This document shows positions 37,337 to 47,601 of a stretch of DNA of 64,000 bases, piece after piece. Each line of letters starts with the position of its first letter. Within the stretch, counting starts at the first letter, position 1. A model generated the notes under the pieces. That model was given only the letters and a program-made list of their open reading frames with translations. It made no database searches and was not told the DNA's origin. The translations under genes were made by a program, and so were the position numbers. The stretch is taken from sequence record NC_048053.1, one strand, 5' to 3'.

Positions 37337-39325
37337 TTAGCGACCGAAGCGACGTTTCAGCCTTTCGTCGAAAGATTCTTTAGAAGAACTTTGCGATTCG
37401 ACGGTTTCCAAACTTTCTTCACGTTCTTCTTTAGAAACGCTAGGAACTTTCGGAGTTTCTTTCGTCTGACGTACAGTACCAGCCGAACCAGCAACGGCTT
37501 CGGCGATTTCGTTCTGAGCTACTTCTGATTTTGCCATCAGCGCATCAGCCTGAGACAGAGAAGCACGCAGGAAATCTTCCGAATTGTTGATGAATGCACG
37601 CTCAACCAGAGGGCGCGGATCTGCGATACCTGCATTACGCAGAGTAGCGCAAAGTGATTCAACAACCGGGTTGCTGGAATCGCGCCAGAAGTTGCGTGTA
37701 ATGCCGAGCATCGAAGTGGACAGTGCCGCAACGAAACGCTCACGATGGGATTCAACCATATCGCTAACAGTTTCGTTTACCGTAGAGGAAACGCTGTTAA
37801 CGCGAGCGTCAGCTTCCGCAGTCAGCATTTTGCTAACAGACAGTTGCATAACGAACGGTTCAAAGCCAAAGTTTTTGCAGGTTTCTTCCACGCCAGCATT
37901 GTGCAGAGATTTACTCACAGCACGAATGAAATCTTCTTTATCGAAGACGCGACGCGCAGAATCTTCACCAGCGGCGTTGCTAAAGCTACTGAAAGTAGCG
38001 CGTGCAACAGGTTGACCGTCATAGAACAGGTGAACCGCAGGAACACGACCGTTAACGGTGCGAGACAGAGAAACCAGAGACGGATCGAGATTTTCGTGTT
38101 CAGCTTTAACCGCAGAGAGGCTATCGAAAGAGCGAACTTCCGCAGCGTTTTCATCTTTGGTATTCAGATTGCGAACAGAACTTTCGGATTCAATTTCGTC
38201 TTCGTCGTCAAACTCTTCGTCGTCGAAATCATCATCATCCTCATCTTCTTCTTCTTCGTCGTCGAATTCTTCATCTTCGAATTCTTCTTCGTCGTCGAAG
38301 TCATCTTCTTCGTCGTCTTCGTCATCACCGGAGCAGGACTTTTTAGATTTGGATTCAGAGTCGAAATCTTCGTCGTCCTCTTCTTCCTCATCATCGAATT
38401 CTTCGTCATCGAATTCTTCGTCATCGAATTCTTCGTCATCCTCTTCTTCGTCTTCGTCGGCAGAAGATTCAGAATCAAACTCTTCGTCATCTTCCTCTTC
38501 TTCGTCTTCGTCGAAGCCTTCATCATCTTCCAGTTCCTCTTCTTCCAGAATATCGGAAGAATCATCGTCACTGCTTTCAGAAGCAATGTCGATCAGAGGC
38601 GCGGAACAGTGAGCGCAGAAAACAGTGTCGTCGTCAGTTGCGATGGTGAACGGAGCCGCGCAATTTGCAGAGCAAGAATATACGTGAGCTTCCAGTTTAC
38701 CGTTCGAAGACAGCGCCTGAATTTCTTCGCTTTCCAGAACTTTGGATTCGCTAATCGGCAGACAGCTATACGGATCGAAGTGAACGCCATCAGCGCAAGC
38801 AACAAAACTTGTTGCGGAGGACAGAGCAGTAACTACGTCCTGTTTGCGAATTGCGTTTGCCAGATTCTGTTTTGCGTTTGCCAGCGTAGTACCCACGGCA
38901 ACAACAGAAGAACGAGAAACAGATTCTTTGTTTTCGTTTTCCATGTGGTCGAGAATACGATCATCAGAAACTTCTTCCAGACTTGCAGAGCAAGACGGGC
39001 AATGCGTGATATTCGCACTGCTATCACTAACGATGTGACAGCCGCAACCATCCAGACAGATATGGTATTGTGCTTTCACGTTAGCGGCAGAAGATTCGGA
39101 TTGGAATTCGGCCTGCGCCACCAACTCAGCGTCTTCTTCAAGCAGCTTAGTGCTGCCTTTCGGATCGAAAAGGTCAACGTTGCTTTGCGAAGCATAAACG
39201 TCGCCGCTCTCAGAACGGTAGAACATAGAGTTCTGACCAGTTGCAGTTTTGCGGAAGTTTTCGACTGCTTGAGCGTGGCTGCCACCGACACTAACAATCC
39301 CCGCCAGACGGGTAGTTTTAGGCAT
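37337..39325 (-). CDS. scaffolding / prohead core protein, highly acidic, with two Zn-ribbon units
   Basis: long D/E tract; CLDGC..CPSC and CSANC..CAHC; many SES motifs; start reassigned to MPKTT. Confidence 0.75.
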   Translation of the reverse strand: MPKTTRLAGIVSVGGSHAQAVENFRKTATGQNSMFYRSESGDVYASQSNVDLFDPKGSTKLLEEDAELVAQAEFQSESSAANVKAQYHICLDGCGCHIVSDSSANITHCPSCSASLEEVSDDRILDHMENENKESVSRSSVVAVGTTLANAKQNLANAIRKQDVVTALSSATSFVACADGVHFDPYSCLPISESKVLESEEIQALSSNGKLEAHVYSCSANCAAPFTIATDDDTVFCAHCSAPLIDIASESSDDDSSDILEEEELEDDEGFDEDEEEEDDEEFDSESSADEDEEEDDEEFDDEEFDDEEFDDEEEEDDEDFDSESKSKKSCSGDDEDDEEDDFDDEEEFEDEEFDDEEEEDEDDDDFDDEEFDDEDEIESESSVRNLNTKDENAAEVRSFDSLSAVKAEHENLDPSLVSLSRTVNGRVPAVHLFYDGQPVARATFSSFSNAAGEDSARRVFDKEDFIRAVSKSLHNAGVEETCKNFGFEPFVMQLSVSKMLTAEADARVNSVSSTVNETVSDMVESHRERFVAALSTSMLGITRNFWRDSSNPVVESLCATLRNAGIADPRPLVERAFINNSEDFLRASLSQADALMAKSEVAQNEIAEAVAGSAGTVRQTKETPKVPSVSKEEREESLETVESQSSSKESFDERLKRRFGR
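38391..38435. repeat. 15-nt tandem repeat x3 (DDEEF)
   Basis: tcatcgaattcttcg repeated three times. Confidence 0.9.
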
Positions 39326-39408
39326 GGTGAAACCCTCTATAAATAAGTCGGTTATCGACACATTAAAATTAATGAATGCAGGAAATTTTCGAAAGTTTTT
39401 GAAACTTT

Positions 39409-40512
39409 TTAAAGCGTCCGGCTTTCAATATCTTCGTCCGGAATATAGCGGTTTACGAAATATTTTTCGACCACATCAATTCCGTTTAGAGCGTAAACTT
39501 TTCGCAGACTATCTCCCCAAACCATAAGTTCAGCAAGAGTAGCGAAATGTTCCATTGCCATCGTATTCTTTCCGGCGGCAACGTTCCTTATTGGATGAAT
39601 GTCTTTGCCTGCGATTGCCGCTTTGAATTTCATTCTATCCACATTTCGAAGCAGGGTTGAATCAATGAAATGCGCAAGTTCGTGAGTAATAACATGAGCT
39701 ACGCTTTTACTATTGAAACCGCCGAGCAACTTAACGATTTGTTTCGGGTCGAGGATGATTACTCCGTATTGCACACCGTTATAGCGAGTGTTCAAAATAA
39801 AGCAGCCATCATCACTTAAACCGAGTCCGATAAACAAACGTTTAAACGGCAACGGAACTTTTAATCCGATTGCAGGCATTACGTTATCCTGAATATCTTG
39901 CATTACATAATCAGGACAAGAGCGAGCGGATATACTGGAGCGTAAACCTGTTTTCAAATAATCCTCGTAGCTTTGAACTTCGAGTTTTACTTTGCCGCAT
40001 TTTTCCAGTTTCTTCACTTCGTAGTTATTAATGCTGCCGCCACCATAAACAGTATTAGCGTATTTCAGAGGCTTTAACTGTTTGTAGTTGACGTGTTCTT
40101 TTTCCTGAATTTCTTGCGCACGTCGCGTATTAGCGATTTCTTCCGTTTCATTAGAAACGGGCGCAGGTGCAGGAACAGCACTTTTATTTACTTGAGAAGG
40201 ATAAGCTGTAGGTGCCGGAATTGGCGCAGCAATTTCAGGCTTCGGAGTCTCCGAAACGTTCGCTTCTGGTATATCGAAATTAAAATTTTCAGGAAAAAGT
40301 TTCGCAGGATTTGCAGTAAATTCGCGAGAATCTTCACGCACCTTATTTCCCAATTCAATTGCAACTGGAATAACTTGTGATTGTTTTGGACTAGCGATAT
40401 AAGCAACGCCATCCCCAAATGCAACGCCAACAACATCACGCGTAGTTATTTCCAGTCCATTAGATCTCAGCGGCTCGCCGCCTAAATAACGATAAAAAGT
40501 AAAATCTTTCAT
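39409..40512 (-). CDS. zinc metallopeptidase-like protein
   Basis: ITHELAHFID (HExxH) plus downstream EHFA; N-terminal shared FYRYLG domain. Confidence 0.75.
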   Translation of the reverse strand: MKDFTFYRYLGGEPLRSNGLEITTRDVVGVAFGDGVAYIASPKQSQVIPVAIELGNKVREDSREFTANPAKLFPENFNFDIPEANVSETPKPEIAAPIPAPTAYPSQVNKSAVPAPAPVSNETEEIANTRRAQEIQEKEHVNYKQLKPLKYANTVYGGGSINNYEVKKLEKCGKVKLEVQSYEDYLKTGLRSSISARSCPDYVMQDIQDNVMPAIGLKVPLPFKRLFIGLGLSDDGCFILNTRYNGVQYGVIILDPKQIVKLLGGFNSKSVAHVITHELAHFIDSTLLRNVDRMKFKAAIAGKDIHPIRNVAAGKNTMAMEHFATLAELMVWGDSLRKVYALNGIDVVEKYFVNRYIPDEDIESRTL

Positions 40513-41330
40513 CAGCGTTTAATCTGCATTAGTTGGTTAACTTCGGTTGCTGCGCAGGCGAATGCAGGATCATCAACAGAACTACATTCAAAACCAGTAA
40601 GCAGCAAACAGTTGCGATATGCAAGACGGCCTGAACGTGCATCAAGTTTCGTCGGCACATTGAACGCAGTATGTTCGCAGAAGTTACGCGTTTTAGGAGT
40701 AACTAAACGACCACAGATACTGCATTCATATGCTTTGTATGTCGTGCCTTTCGAATACGTGTTCAGTTCACCTGAAAGAATACGGCGGCAACGTTCCGGT
40801 TCCAGTGTACGGTCAAATGCCAGCAGCAAACTAAGTACCGCGTGATTGCCACGGAAACCAATGAGCGGAGACAAATGACTATCGAAAATAATTCCGCGTG
40901 CTTTCGTATAGTCTTTGTTTGCGTGCTCAATAAAAGTTGGTTTTCCTTTAAAAGTTTGGAAAGCCAATTTTCCTTGATCGGGATTGAAGCGCAACCATTC
41001 TTCTTTCGAAAATCCATCGCCGTTAGTGTTAGGCAATTCAGTTACGTTAACCGGAACAGGAACGATGATATAATCGCGAATATCTTTTGACGTGTTATAA
41101 ACTTCCGCAGCTTTGGGCAACCACACGTTGATATCAAGCATTAAATCGCTAGATGCCCCAATGCGATTGCCTGCAATGCGAATAGATTTATTATCGCGGG
41201 AGGCTTCTTCTTTGTGAAGATCAATTGCTTCCATTCCCGTGTGTTGAGTAGAACTCAGGTCGAAAGATTTACTCTCAACGGAATTGCTAATAGCAGCAAC
41301 CGTTCCTTCATTTTTAAGTCGAATAGTCAT
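40512..41330 (-). CDS. prohead maturation protease
   Basis: PNTNGDGF...FKGKPTFIEH...YSKG...CSICG...ECSSVDDPAF pattern (His/Ser) of phage head proteases; upstream of the scaffold. Confidence 0.8.
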   Translation of the reverse strand: MTIRLKNEGTVAAISNSVESKSFDLSSTQHTGMEAIDLHKEEASRDNKSIRIAGNRIGASSDLMLDINVWLPKAAEVYNTSKDIRDYIIVPVPVNVTELPNTNGDGFSKEEWLRFNPDQGKLAFQTFKGKPTFIEHANKDYTKARGIIFDSHLSPLIGFRGNHAVLSLLLAFDRTLEPERCRRILSGELNTYSKGTTYKAYECSICGRLVTPKTRNFCEHTAFNVPTKLDARSGRLAYRNCLLLTGFECSSVDDPAFACAATEVNQLMQIKR

Positions 41331-41336
41331 ATTGTT

Positions 41337-41759
41337 TTACCTGTAGTTCTTTTTGTTTTCGTCAGAATCAACGAGATAAACGCGTCCTTCCGGAGCAAGA
41401 TATTTGTCGCCGTCGCAGTCTTCAAGTGCGTAGAACAAACGACCGCCCTTCATAATCGCGTAGATGATTTTGGCATACAAAAAGTTTTCCGGATACTTAT
41501 CGCCAAATCTGCGATACTCAACTTCTAATCCGGGATACATAACATCAAAACTTTTCGTACTGTACACAGGACGAACAACACGGTTCGAATCAATATATTC
41601 AGTACCGTTGCAATGTTCGATCATGTAACCTGCTTTATCCTTTCCAATAAGGATACCTTTCACAACACCGCGAGAAGTGCCTCCGCATGTTCCTTGATCA
41701 TTCTGCCATTTAAATTCGACAATATCTTCGATGTTATAATCAAAACTAAATTGAGGCAT
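41337..41759 (-). CDS. hypothetical protein with two SH3-like units
   Basis: two 'F/Y.(D/G)..VE(F/Y)...G....Y.l' repeats. Confidence 0.7.
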   Translation of the reverse strand: MPQFSFDYNIEDIVEFKWQNDQGTCGGTSRGVVKGILIGKDKAGYMIEHCNGTEYIDSNRVVRPVYSTKSFDVMYPGLEVEYRRFGDKYPENFLYAKIIYAIMKGGRLFYALEDCDGDKYLAPEGRVYLVDSDENKKNYR

Positions 41760-41763
41760 ACAA

Positions 41764-42651
41764 TTACCTTAACGCAGACCGCGCCCAAGTTTTTGCAAGT
41801 TCAAGAGAAAGACGTTGCGGATTATGGAGTTTCACTTCGCCGCTATGAACAGCAGTGTACGGTTCGTTTTGATTCTCGCCTTTACCGCTACGGAAAGCAG
41901 CTTCATTAAATCCGTGGAACAGTGTCGTAATCCAGCCGCTACCTTTTGGATTTTGCTCACCGAGTTTTTTATCCCAACGAATAATTCCGCACGTTTCGCC
42001 GCCCACACAGACCAGATAGCAAATTTTTTCGCCGCCTGTATAAATATCTTTTTGCTTATGAGTGCGGAAAGTTACGCGACTGGATTCAGAAACAACTTCT
42101 TCCTGTTTCTTACGCAGATTACCAGAAGTTTTCTGTTTCAAATCGTCGATATCAAGCGTACTCCAGTAGCTCTCAAACAGCGCAACCAATTTATTCGCAA
42201 TAGGAATATCGTCGAGTTGGTTGATTTGCGCAATAGTGCTGGAAGGATCATCGATGATTCGATTCACAAAGAACGAACCAACAATAACCGGAAGTACACT
42301 GCGTTGCGCAGGATTAGTTACGCCAGCAGCATTGAGGTAATTGGCGCTCAAACCAATTGCGAGTCGAGCTAAAACAATGAAAGTTTCTTTTTCAGTAGCA
42401 TTAGCAATAGTTGCCATTAAACGCGCAGCAACAGCAGGATCGGCGGTGCGTTGTGCCAAGCCTTCGATTTCGACTTTAGACAAAGACTTTCCGAGTTTCT
42501 TTTGTGCTGCAAGTTCAAAAGCATTTTCGAGTTTAATAGCGTTTGCACGATTTAAACTATTTTCGATTTTCTGTACAGTTTCTTCGGACGAAGAAAGAGA
42601 AATGCCCGTACTTCTACGGGCAACGTTATGGCGTCGTCTTACTTGCGGCAT
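41764..42651 (-). CDS. putative head protein
   Basis: start reassigned to MPQVRR (GAGGT RBS); GISLS-SS and VVSES-SR motifs. Confidence 0.65.
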   Translation of the reverse strand: MPQVRRRHNVARRSTGISLSSSEETVQKIENSLNRANAIKLENAFELAAQKKLGKSLSKVEIEGLAQRTADPAVAARLMATIANATEKETFIVLARLAIGLSANYLNAAGVTNPAQRSVLPVIVGSFFVNRIIDDPSSTIAQINQLDDIPIANKLVALFESYWSTLDIDDLKQKTSGNLRKKQEEVVSESSRVTFRTHKQKDIYTGGEKICYLVCVGGETCGIIRWDKKLGEQNPKGSGWITTLFHGFNEAAFRSGKGENQNEPYTAVHSGEVKLHNPQRLSLELAKTWARSALR

Positions 42652-42658
42652 GATAACC

Positions 42659-43759
42659 TCATTGAGATTTCTGCAACTTTTCCAGTAATCCAGACGATTT
42701 GAGAGACTCATTCACATCAAGACCACGTACAGAACATAGTTGCGCATAATAATGAATCGCCTTATCAACCATGCCGAGAGATTCGCAGCACTGATAAGCT
42801 ATATTCAAACACAGGTCTAAATTACTTTGTGATGAGTCAAAAAGAAGAGGAGTTTGATTTTTTGCATTGATTCCTTGAAGCGCCAATGCGAGCGCATAAA
42901 CATAGTCGCCATAGCGGAACATTATATCCGCAAACGTTCCATAACTTTCAGAACGATCAGGACGAGCAGCAATTGCCATATTGCTTGCGCTGATTGCAGT
43001 GTGTCGATCACCTACCATGTAAGCGGCACAACTCAATTCAACATTGATCAGGCAAACATAATCTTGCCAGTAAGCAAGTTTATTCAGCCGAGAGATTTCA
43101 GCAACAGCTTCCTGATATGCCTGTCTATCAATGTTTTTTGCTTTGCACGAATCCAAAACACGATAGCAAAGTTCACGCGCATAATAAAATAAACTGCGCT
43201 CATCGCGTGGATTGTCTGTAACGTCTGCCGCAAGTTCAGGCAAATAGTCACGCGGTTTTTCCAAATCAGGATAATGCGTTGTGTGAAAATCTGCATCCAC
43301 AACCGATTCCGGAAGGTTGTCAATTTTCATCAAAACTTCATGCGCACGATATTTCCACGCATAACGTTTTTTCAGATAGGCTTTATGTTGAAAATAAATA
43401 CTACCGCCATTGTGCATATTGATGCGCACAGTATCCGGAACCGCAGGAAGAGACTTTAACGATTCGACCCAATCAGGATCAGAGAATCGTTCGTCGATAT
43501 CCAGCCACACAATCAGATCATCAGGTTGAAAAGGCGCTGCCGCAAGATTGCGACTTTCACCGAGATTTCTACCACCGTTCGGATCTATATCATACGCGAA
43601 ATGTAATTCCGGATGATTAAACCGCTCGATAAATCTAACCGTATTGTCGGTGCTGCCAGTGTCAACGATAGAAATCGCATCGGCTTTCGCAACATGGTTT
43701 AAAAACGCTTCCATGTTCTTTTCTTCGTTGCGACAAATCGCAGCTACGCACACACGCAT
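42659..43759 (-). CDS. glycosyltransferase family 2 with TPR repeats
   Basis: VAAICRNEE...IVDTGSTD...WLDIDE (DxD)...HE; C-terminal TPR helices (RSLFYYARE, RPDRSESY). Confidence 0.9.
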   Translation of the reverse strand: MRVCVAAICRNEEKNMEAFLNHVAKADAISIVDTGSTDNTVRFIERFNHPELHFAYDIDPNGGRNLGESRNLAAAPFQPDDLIVWLDIDERFSDPDWVESLKSLPAVPDTVRINMHNGGSIYFQHKAYLKKRYAWKYRAHEVLMKIDNLPESVVDADFHTTHYPDLEKPRDYLPELAADVTDNPRDERSLFYYARELCYRVLDSCKAKNIDRQAYQEAVAEISRLNKLAYWQDYVCLINVELSCAAYMVGDRHTAISASNMAIAARPDRSESYGTFADIMFRYGDYVYALALALQGINAKNQTPLLFDSSQSNLDLCLNIAYQCCESLGMVDKAIHYYAQLCSVRGLDVNESLKSSGLLEKLQKSQ

Positions 43760-43769
43760 AAGTGTTTCC

Positions 43770-44687
43770 TTAGATTTGAATGTTACCAGAATCCGTCCAG
43801 CGAATGCCGTAACGCTCTACTACCGTGAATTCGATTTCAGTAAACTTACTGAGATCAAGTTGACGGAAAGTTTTCGTAGGATCGGCGGGAAGCGGAGTTT
43901 GTTTTGTTTCGGTATACAGATTGAGTTTAATCACAACATCGCCAGCAAGATGTTGCGGCTTGAAAGTTTGCGCAGTGTCTTCCAACAAACCACTTGCCAG
44001 AATATCATCAAAGAAAGTGTTGACGGTCATCGACAAGCCGCTATTCAAAATAGTCGGAGCGAATGCTAAAACTTGATCATAGAACGAACGATTCCACGAT
44101 GTATTACCAATTAGCGTTCGTTGTTTCTTTATGCGCGTAACTTTGCCGTCTTTGACTTCTCGATACTGATCGTAATACCACGCAGCATAAACCATATAAA
44201 CGTGCGGCAAATTCATCGTATCGAAATCAAACGCAGGAGCTACAACCATACGATGTTGAGTGCGAGCAATATTGCGACGGAAAACGTTAAGCGAGTAGTC
44301 GTATCCGCGACGGCAATTGATTGTCAGATTACTAACAACCGATTGTTGATAGCCGTTAGTAACAGCATACGCAAAACAATCTTGCCCAACAAAACCAGCA
44401 AGCGGCGTATAGATAAAACTCTCACCATCTAACGAAAGTTTTACTGAGCCGTGTATAGGTTGACTGATAAGAATTAAAGTTAATCGCCATCCACGCTGAA
44501 CAGGAACTTTATCAAGAACCCCCTCGCTAGGGGATTCCGATGTTTTAAAATCGCGTGCGCCCTGAATCATAATAGAGCGCAGCGGAATTTCAAAGTCTAC
44601 GTTGTTCGGCGTTTCAAGCGTGAGAGCAGGTGCTACAGGAACATCGTTGCGCCAGTAGTCCACAACACACGGTTTTGAAATCATCAC
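43770..44687 (-). CDS. virion protein with Ig-like (Big_9 / cadherin-like) domain
   Basis: QPIHGSVKLSLDGESFIYTPLAGFVGQDCFAYAVTNG. Confidence 0.8.
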   Translation of the reverse strand: MMISKPCVVDYWRNDVPVAPALTLETPNNVDFEIPLRSIMIQGARDFKTSESPSEGVLDKVPVQRGWRLTLILISQPIHGSVKLSLDGESFIYTPLAGFVGQDCFAYAVTNGYQQSVVSNLTINCRRGYDYSLNVFRRNIARTQHRMVVAPAFDFDTMNLPHVYMVYAAWYYDQYREVKDGKVTRIKKQRTLIGNTSWNRSFYDQVLAFAPTILNSGLSMTVNTFFDDILASGLLEDTAQTFKPQHLAGDVVIKLNLYTETKQTPLPADPTKTFRQLDLSKFTEIEFTVVERYGIRWTDSGNIQI

Positions 44688-46654
44688 GTCACCTTGTATT
44701 TCTTTTTAAACTGATCGATAGTATAAATCGGAATGCCTTTATCCATCGCCTTTTGAACTTTGCTGCTACCGCTTCCGGGATCTTTCGCAATCAAAACAGT
44801 AGTGTCTGCTTTCATGCTATCCGATGCAGTGCCGCCCAATTCGACAATACGCGCTTTCAAATCAGCATCACGCACGCCAGTAAACGCAACGTTAACACCG
44901 TTCAACTTATTGCTTTTCACAACAACTTTCTTCGGAGCTTTTAACTTGATGCCAATTTCCTGCGCCAAGTCGTAAGCATTAATACACGCATTGGAAATCT
45001 TAGGTGCAAGAGATTTGATGCCGTGAATGCCGCTAATAAGTTCCGTAAGATCAGAACGGCGTTTAAGCAGTTTCTGAATATCAGGAATCTCATCGACAAC
45101 TTTATCAAAGGAAGTATTTGCGCCGCGCATGAAATAGGGAGCACAAGCCTTGAGCCACACATTCAATTCAATTCCAGAAAGAATTGTTTTGTTGTGTTTC
45201 GCAATTTGCTTGCCGCGAGCATCACCCAAAATCCCACGCAATGTAGGCAGGCCGCAAAGAATAAGCGACTTAGGATCTTTGATTCCGCTTTCCATCAACA
45301 GATTTGCAGTCTTATCCCCGGCGTTAGAATATTCAGCAGTCGCCATAAAACTTTCAAGAAGTTTTGCATCAGCGGTGGCAGATTTTTTCTTAACGCGGAA
45401 TTCAACGCCTTCCATTGTATAAGGCACGTCCGGAAGTTTCGCTTTCTTCGCAGGGCGCACAATTTCCTGAATGTAGGGAATAACTTTATTACTGCGCACA
45501 AGTTTTACTTTTGCACCGATACCCAACGGACGTTTTTCATGAGGCGGTTTCTGCCCTTTCTTCGTTGGTTTCAGATAGCCATGTTCGATGTAATATCCGT
45601 TATGACCATTAGCGCGATTGATTGTGATCCCGCCGGGAACAACTACAGGTTCCACAATAACAACTGGTGCAAGCACGCCGTATTTTGTTTCCTGATAAAC
45701 TACATCCTTCACGGTTGTAATAACGCTATCCGCACTTGTATTCATTTTGAATTTGAATTCATGTTTCGGATTGCTTGAGGTTGAAGCAGGTGAAGGAATA
45801 TCATCAGATACAACAAGGCCATCCAACTCGTATTTGGATTTGCGCATACGGTCTTCGATCATCGTTACCAATTGTTCTTCGGTAAGATCGTCGAATGGCC
45901 CAAAGTGGCGAACCACAGTGAACCCATATTGTTTTAGAAGTTTAAATTGATCGCTTTTCTTTTTCTTTGAAGCAGCGCCGCCGATAATGCCGAAACAAAC
46001 GAGATCGATATGTTTGATTTCAGGTGGCGACTCAAAACGACGCATCAAACCAACAGACGCAGGACGAGCAGAAGTATATTCATAATCGCCCGGAGCGTCT
46101 TTGTGGAGCGTAGCCATAAATTTCTTCTGACTGATTAACGCTTCGCAACGAACAATGAAACGTTCTTTCGTTGAAATCTTTTTCGGAATATTAAACGAGG
46201 CCAAATGGCGCGTAACGTCTTTGCCCTTCGTACTGTCACCGCGAGTATAAGCAGCAACAGGAATTCCTTTTTCGTAAATCAGTTCAATGCTCTGACCATC
46301 CAACTTATCGCTAACGATTTTACTGTTACCGTTACTCAGGTGTTTCGCGAGAGCCGGAGAAGAAAGTTTTAGTTGGTTCAGACTCGCCATAGGAACAGGA
46401 AGCGGAACATCACTATCATCATGCGAGCCGATCTTTTTAGCCAGCGTAGATTTAGGCCAGCGTTCAGAAATATAATCGCGAATCGTGTCGTAAATGGTAT
46501 CATCAACAAGCGGCTGTCCTTCATCATATGCGTCATCGAAAGCATTGATAAGTTTTTTGGCCTGCGTCAGATTAAGAGTTTCCATTACTTTGATAGGATT
46601 CTTTTCTAATCGTTTTAGGCTTATGCTGGCTGAAATACTTTTGAATTCAGTCAT
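44684..46654 (-). CDS. ligA: NAD-dependent DNA ligase
   Basis: domain Ia (AYDEG...DD..YD), motif I KLDG, TRGD, ELDGLV, KFK, OB-fold and C-terminal BRCT (VAFTG...SSKVQKA). Confidence 0.96.
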   Translation of the reverse strand: MTEFKSISASISLKRLEKNPIKVMETLNLTQAKKLINAFDDAYDEGQPLVDDTIYDTIRDYISERWPKSTLAKKIGSHDDSDVPLPVPMASLNQLKLSSPALAKHLSNGNSKIVSDKLDGQSIELIYEKGIPVAAYTRGDSTKGKDVTRHLASFNIPKKISTKERFIVRCEALISQKKFMATLHKDAPGDYEYTSARPASVGLMRRFESPPEIKHIDLVCFGIIGGAASKKKKSDQFKLLKQYGFTVVRHFGPFDDLTEEQLVTMIEDRMRKSKYELDGLVVSDDIPSPASTSSNPKHEFKFKMNTSADSVITTVKDVVYQETKYGVLAPVVIVEPVVVPGGITINRANGHNGYYIEHGYLKPTKKGQKPPHEKRPLGIGAKVKLVRSNKVIPYIQEIVRPAKKAKLPDVPYTMEGVEFRVKKKSATADAKLLESFMATAEYSNAGDKTANLLMESGIKDPKSLILCGLPTLRGILGDARGKQIAKHNKTILSGIELNVWLKACAPYFMRGANTSFDKVVDEIPDIQKLLKRRSDLTELISGIHGIKSLAPKISNACINAYDLAQEIGIKLKAPKKVVVKSNKLNGVNVAFTGVRDADLKARIVELGGTASDSMKADTTVLIAKDPGSGSSKVQKAMDKGIPIYTIDQFKKKYKVT

Positions 46655-46677
46655 GAAAATTCCCTCTGCAAATATCC

Positions 46678-47601
46678 TTAAACATTTACAGTTTCGGCGA
46701 TGCGATTCGCAATAAAATCAGGAACCGTATTCATCGTTAAGCCATTACGTTTCGCCAACATAATAAACGCTTCTGCGTATTTAAGTTGTTGACTACCAAC
46801 ACCGCTAAATTGACGAGCATTGAGCAAGCGTCGAGACAGCTCGGAAACGATTGTTTGGCGAGTACGGAAACCGGAATTGATGTTTCGCAGCATTTGAAAA
46901 TACTTATGAACATCAGACTTGATTGAGAAAGTTTTAATGCCACTAAAATCTTTTCTGATAGCAGCATGAAGCAACACAAGGAAAGGATACAAATCTTCTT
47001 TCTGTCTGGCTTCGTTTTGTTTCTCAATGTCCTTAATGAAATCAGGACGGTTATCAGGTTCAGGAATTTGTTTGCCAGTGAGAGTCGAAGTCACATCGTT
47101 AAACAGTCCGATGCGTTTAATAGGCTTACGCGACAGCATATCTTTTTTGCTGCCATAGAAGTAGACTGGAATATTTCTTTTGCGTGCCTGCAAAGCAATA
47201 CCACGCAGATACATTCCATTACTTTTAATTCGCGCCTCTTCTTTTGTTCCAGCATTACAGTGAATTTCTTTAACGATACTGATATCAATATCCGGCTTAT
47301 CGATAATAATGCGTTCTTCGGACTCAGAATATTCAGCGCCGTTCTGCCAGAAATCAACAGGAACAACTTTATAGCGCGACCGGATTTTGTCAGCGTCAAG
47401 CACAAACAAAACTTCCGATCCGCCATTAGTTCGAATTGCGAAAATATTACTCAGTGTGCGGGTAGTGGAAAGGAAGAAGAGTCTGTTTTGAGAAAACTCT
47501 TCTTCCGCCTCGCTTCCGGAGGCAATACTCAAATGAAATTTTCCACTTCCCACAATACTCAGCGCATTTTTCGGCGAAGTAAAGTGGAAGAGTGTATTCA
47601 T
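46678..47601 (-). CDS. ADP-ribosyltransferase-fold protein (paralog 2)
   Basis: LFHFT...FFLSTTR...VLFVLD...SESEER. Confidence 0.55.
   Translation of the reverse strand: MNTLFHFTSPKNALSIVGSGKFHLSIASGSEAEEEFSQNRLFFLSTTRTLSNIFAIRTNGGSEVLFVLDADKIRSRYKVVPVDFWQNGAEYSESEERIIIDKPDIDISIVKEIHCNAGTKEEARIKSNGMYLRGIALQARKRNIPVYFYGSKKDMLSRKPIKRIGLFNDVTSTLTGKQIPEPDNRPDFIKDIEKQNEARQKEDLYPFLVLLHAAIRKDFSGIKTFSIKSDVHKYFQMLRNINSGFRTRQTIVSELSRRLLNARQFSGVGSQQLKYAEAFIMLAKRNGLTMNTVPDFIANRIAETVNV

Noticed and set aside
37745-39346. 533-aa plus-strand ORF (also 38058-38612)
   Set aside because: Antisense shadow of the codon-biased acidic scaffold gene; Phe/Val/Ile- or Ser-rich nonsense composition
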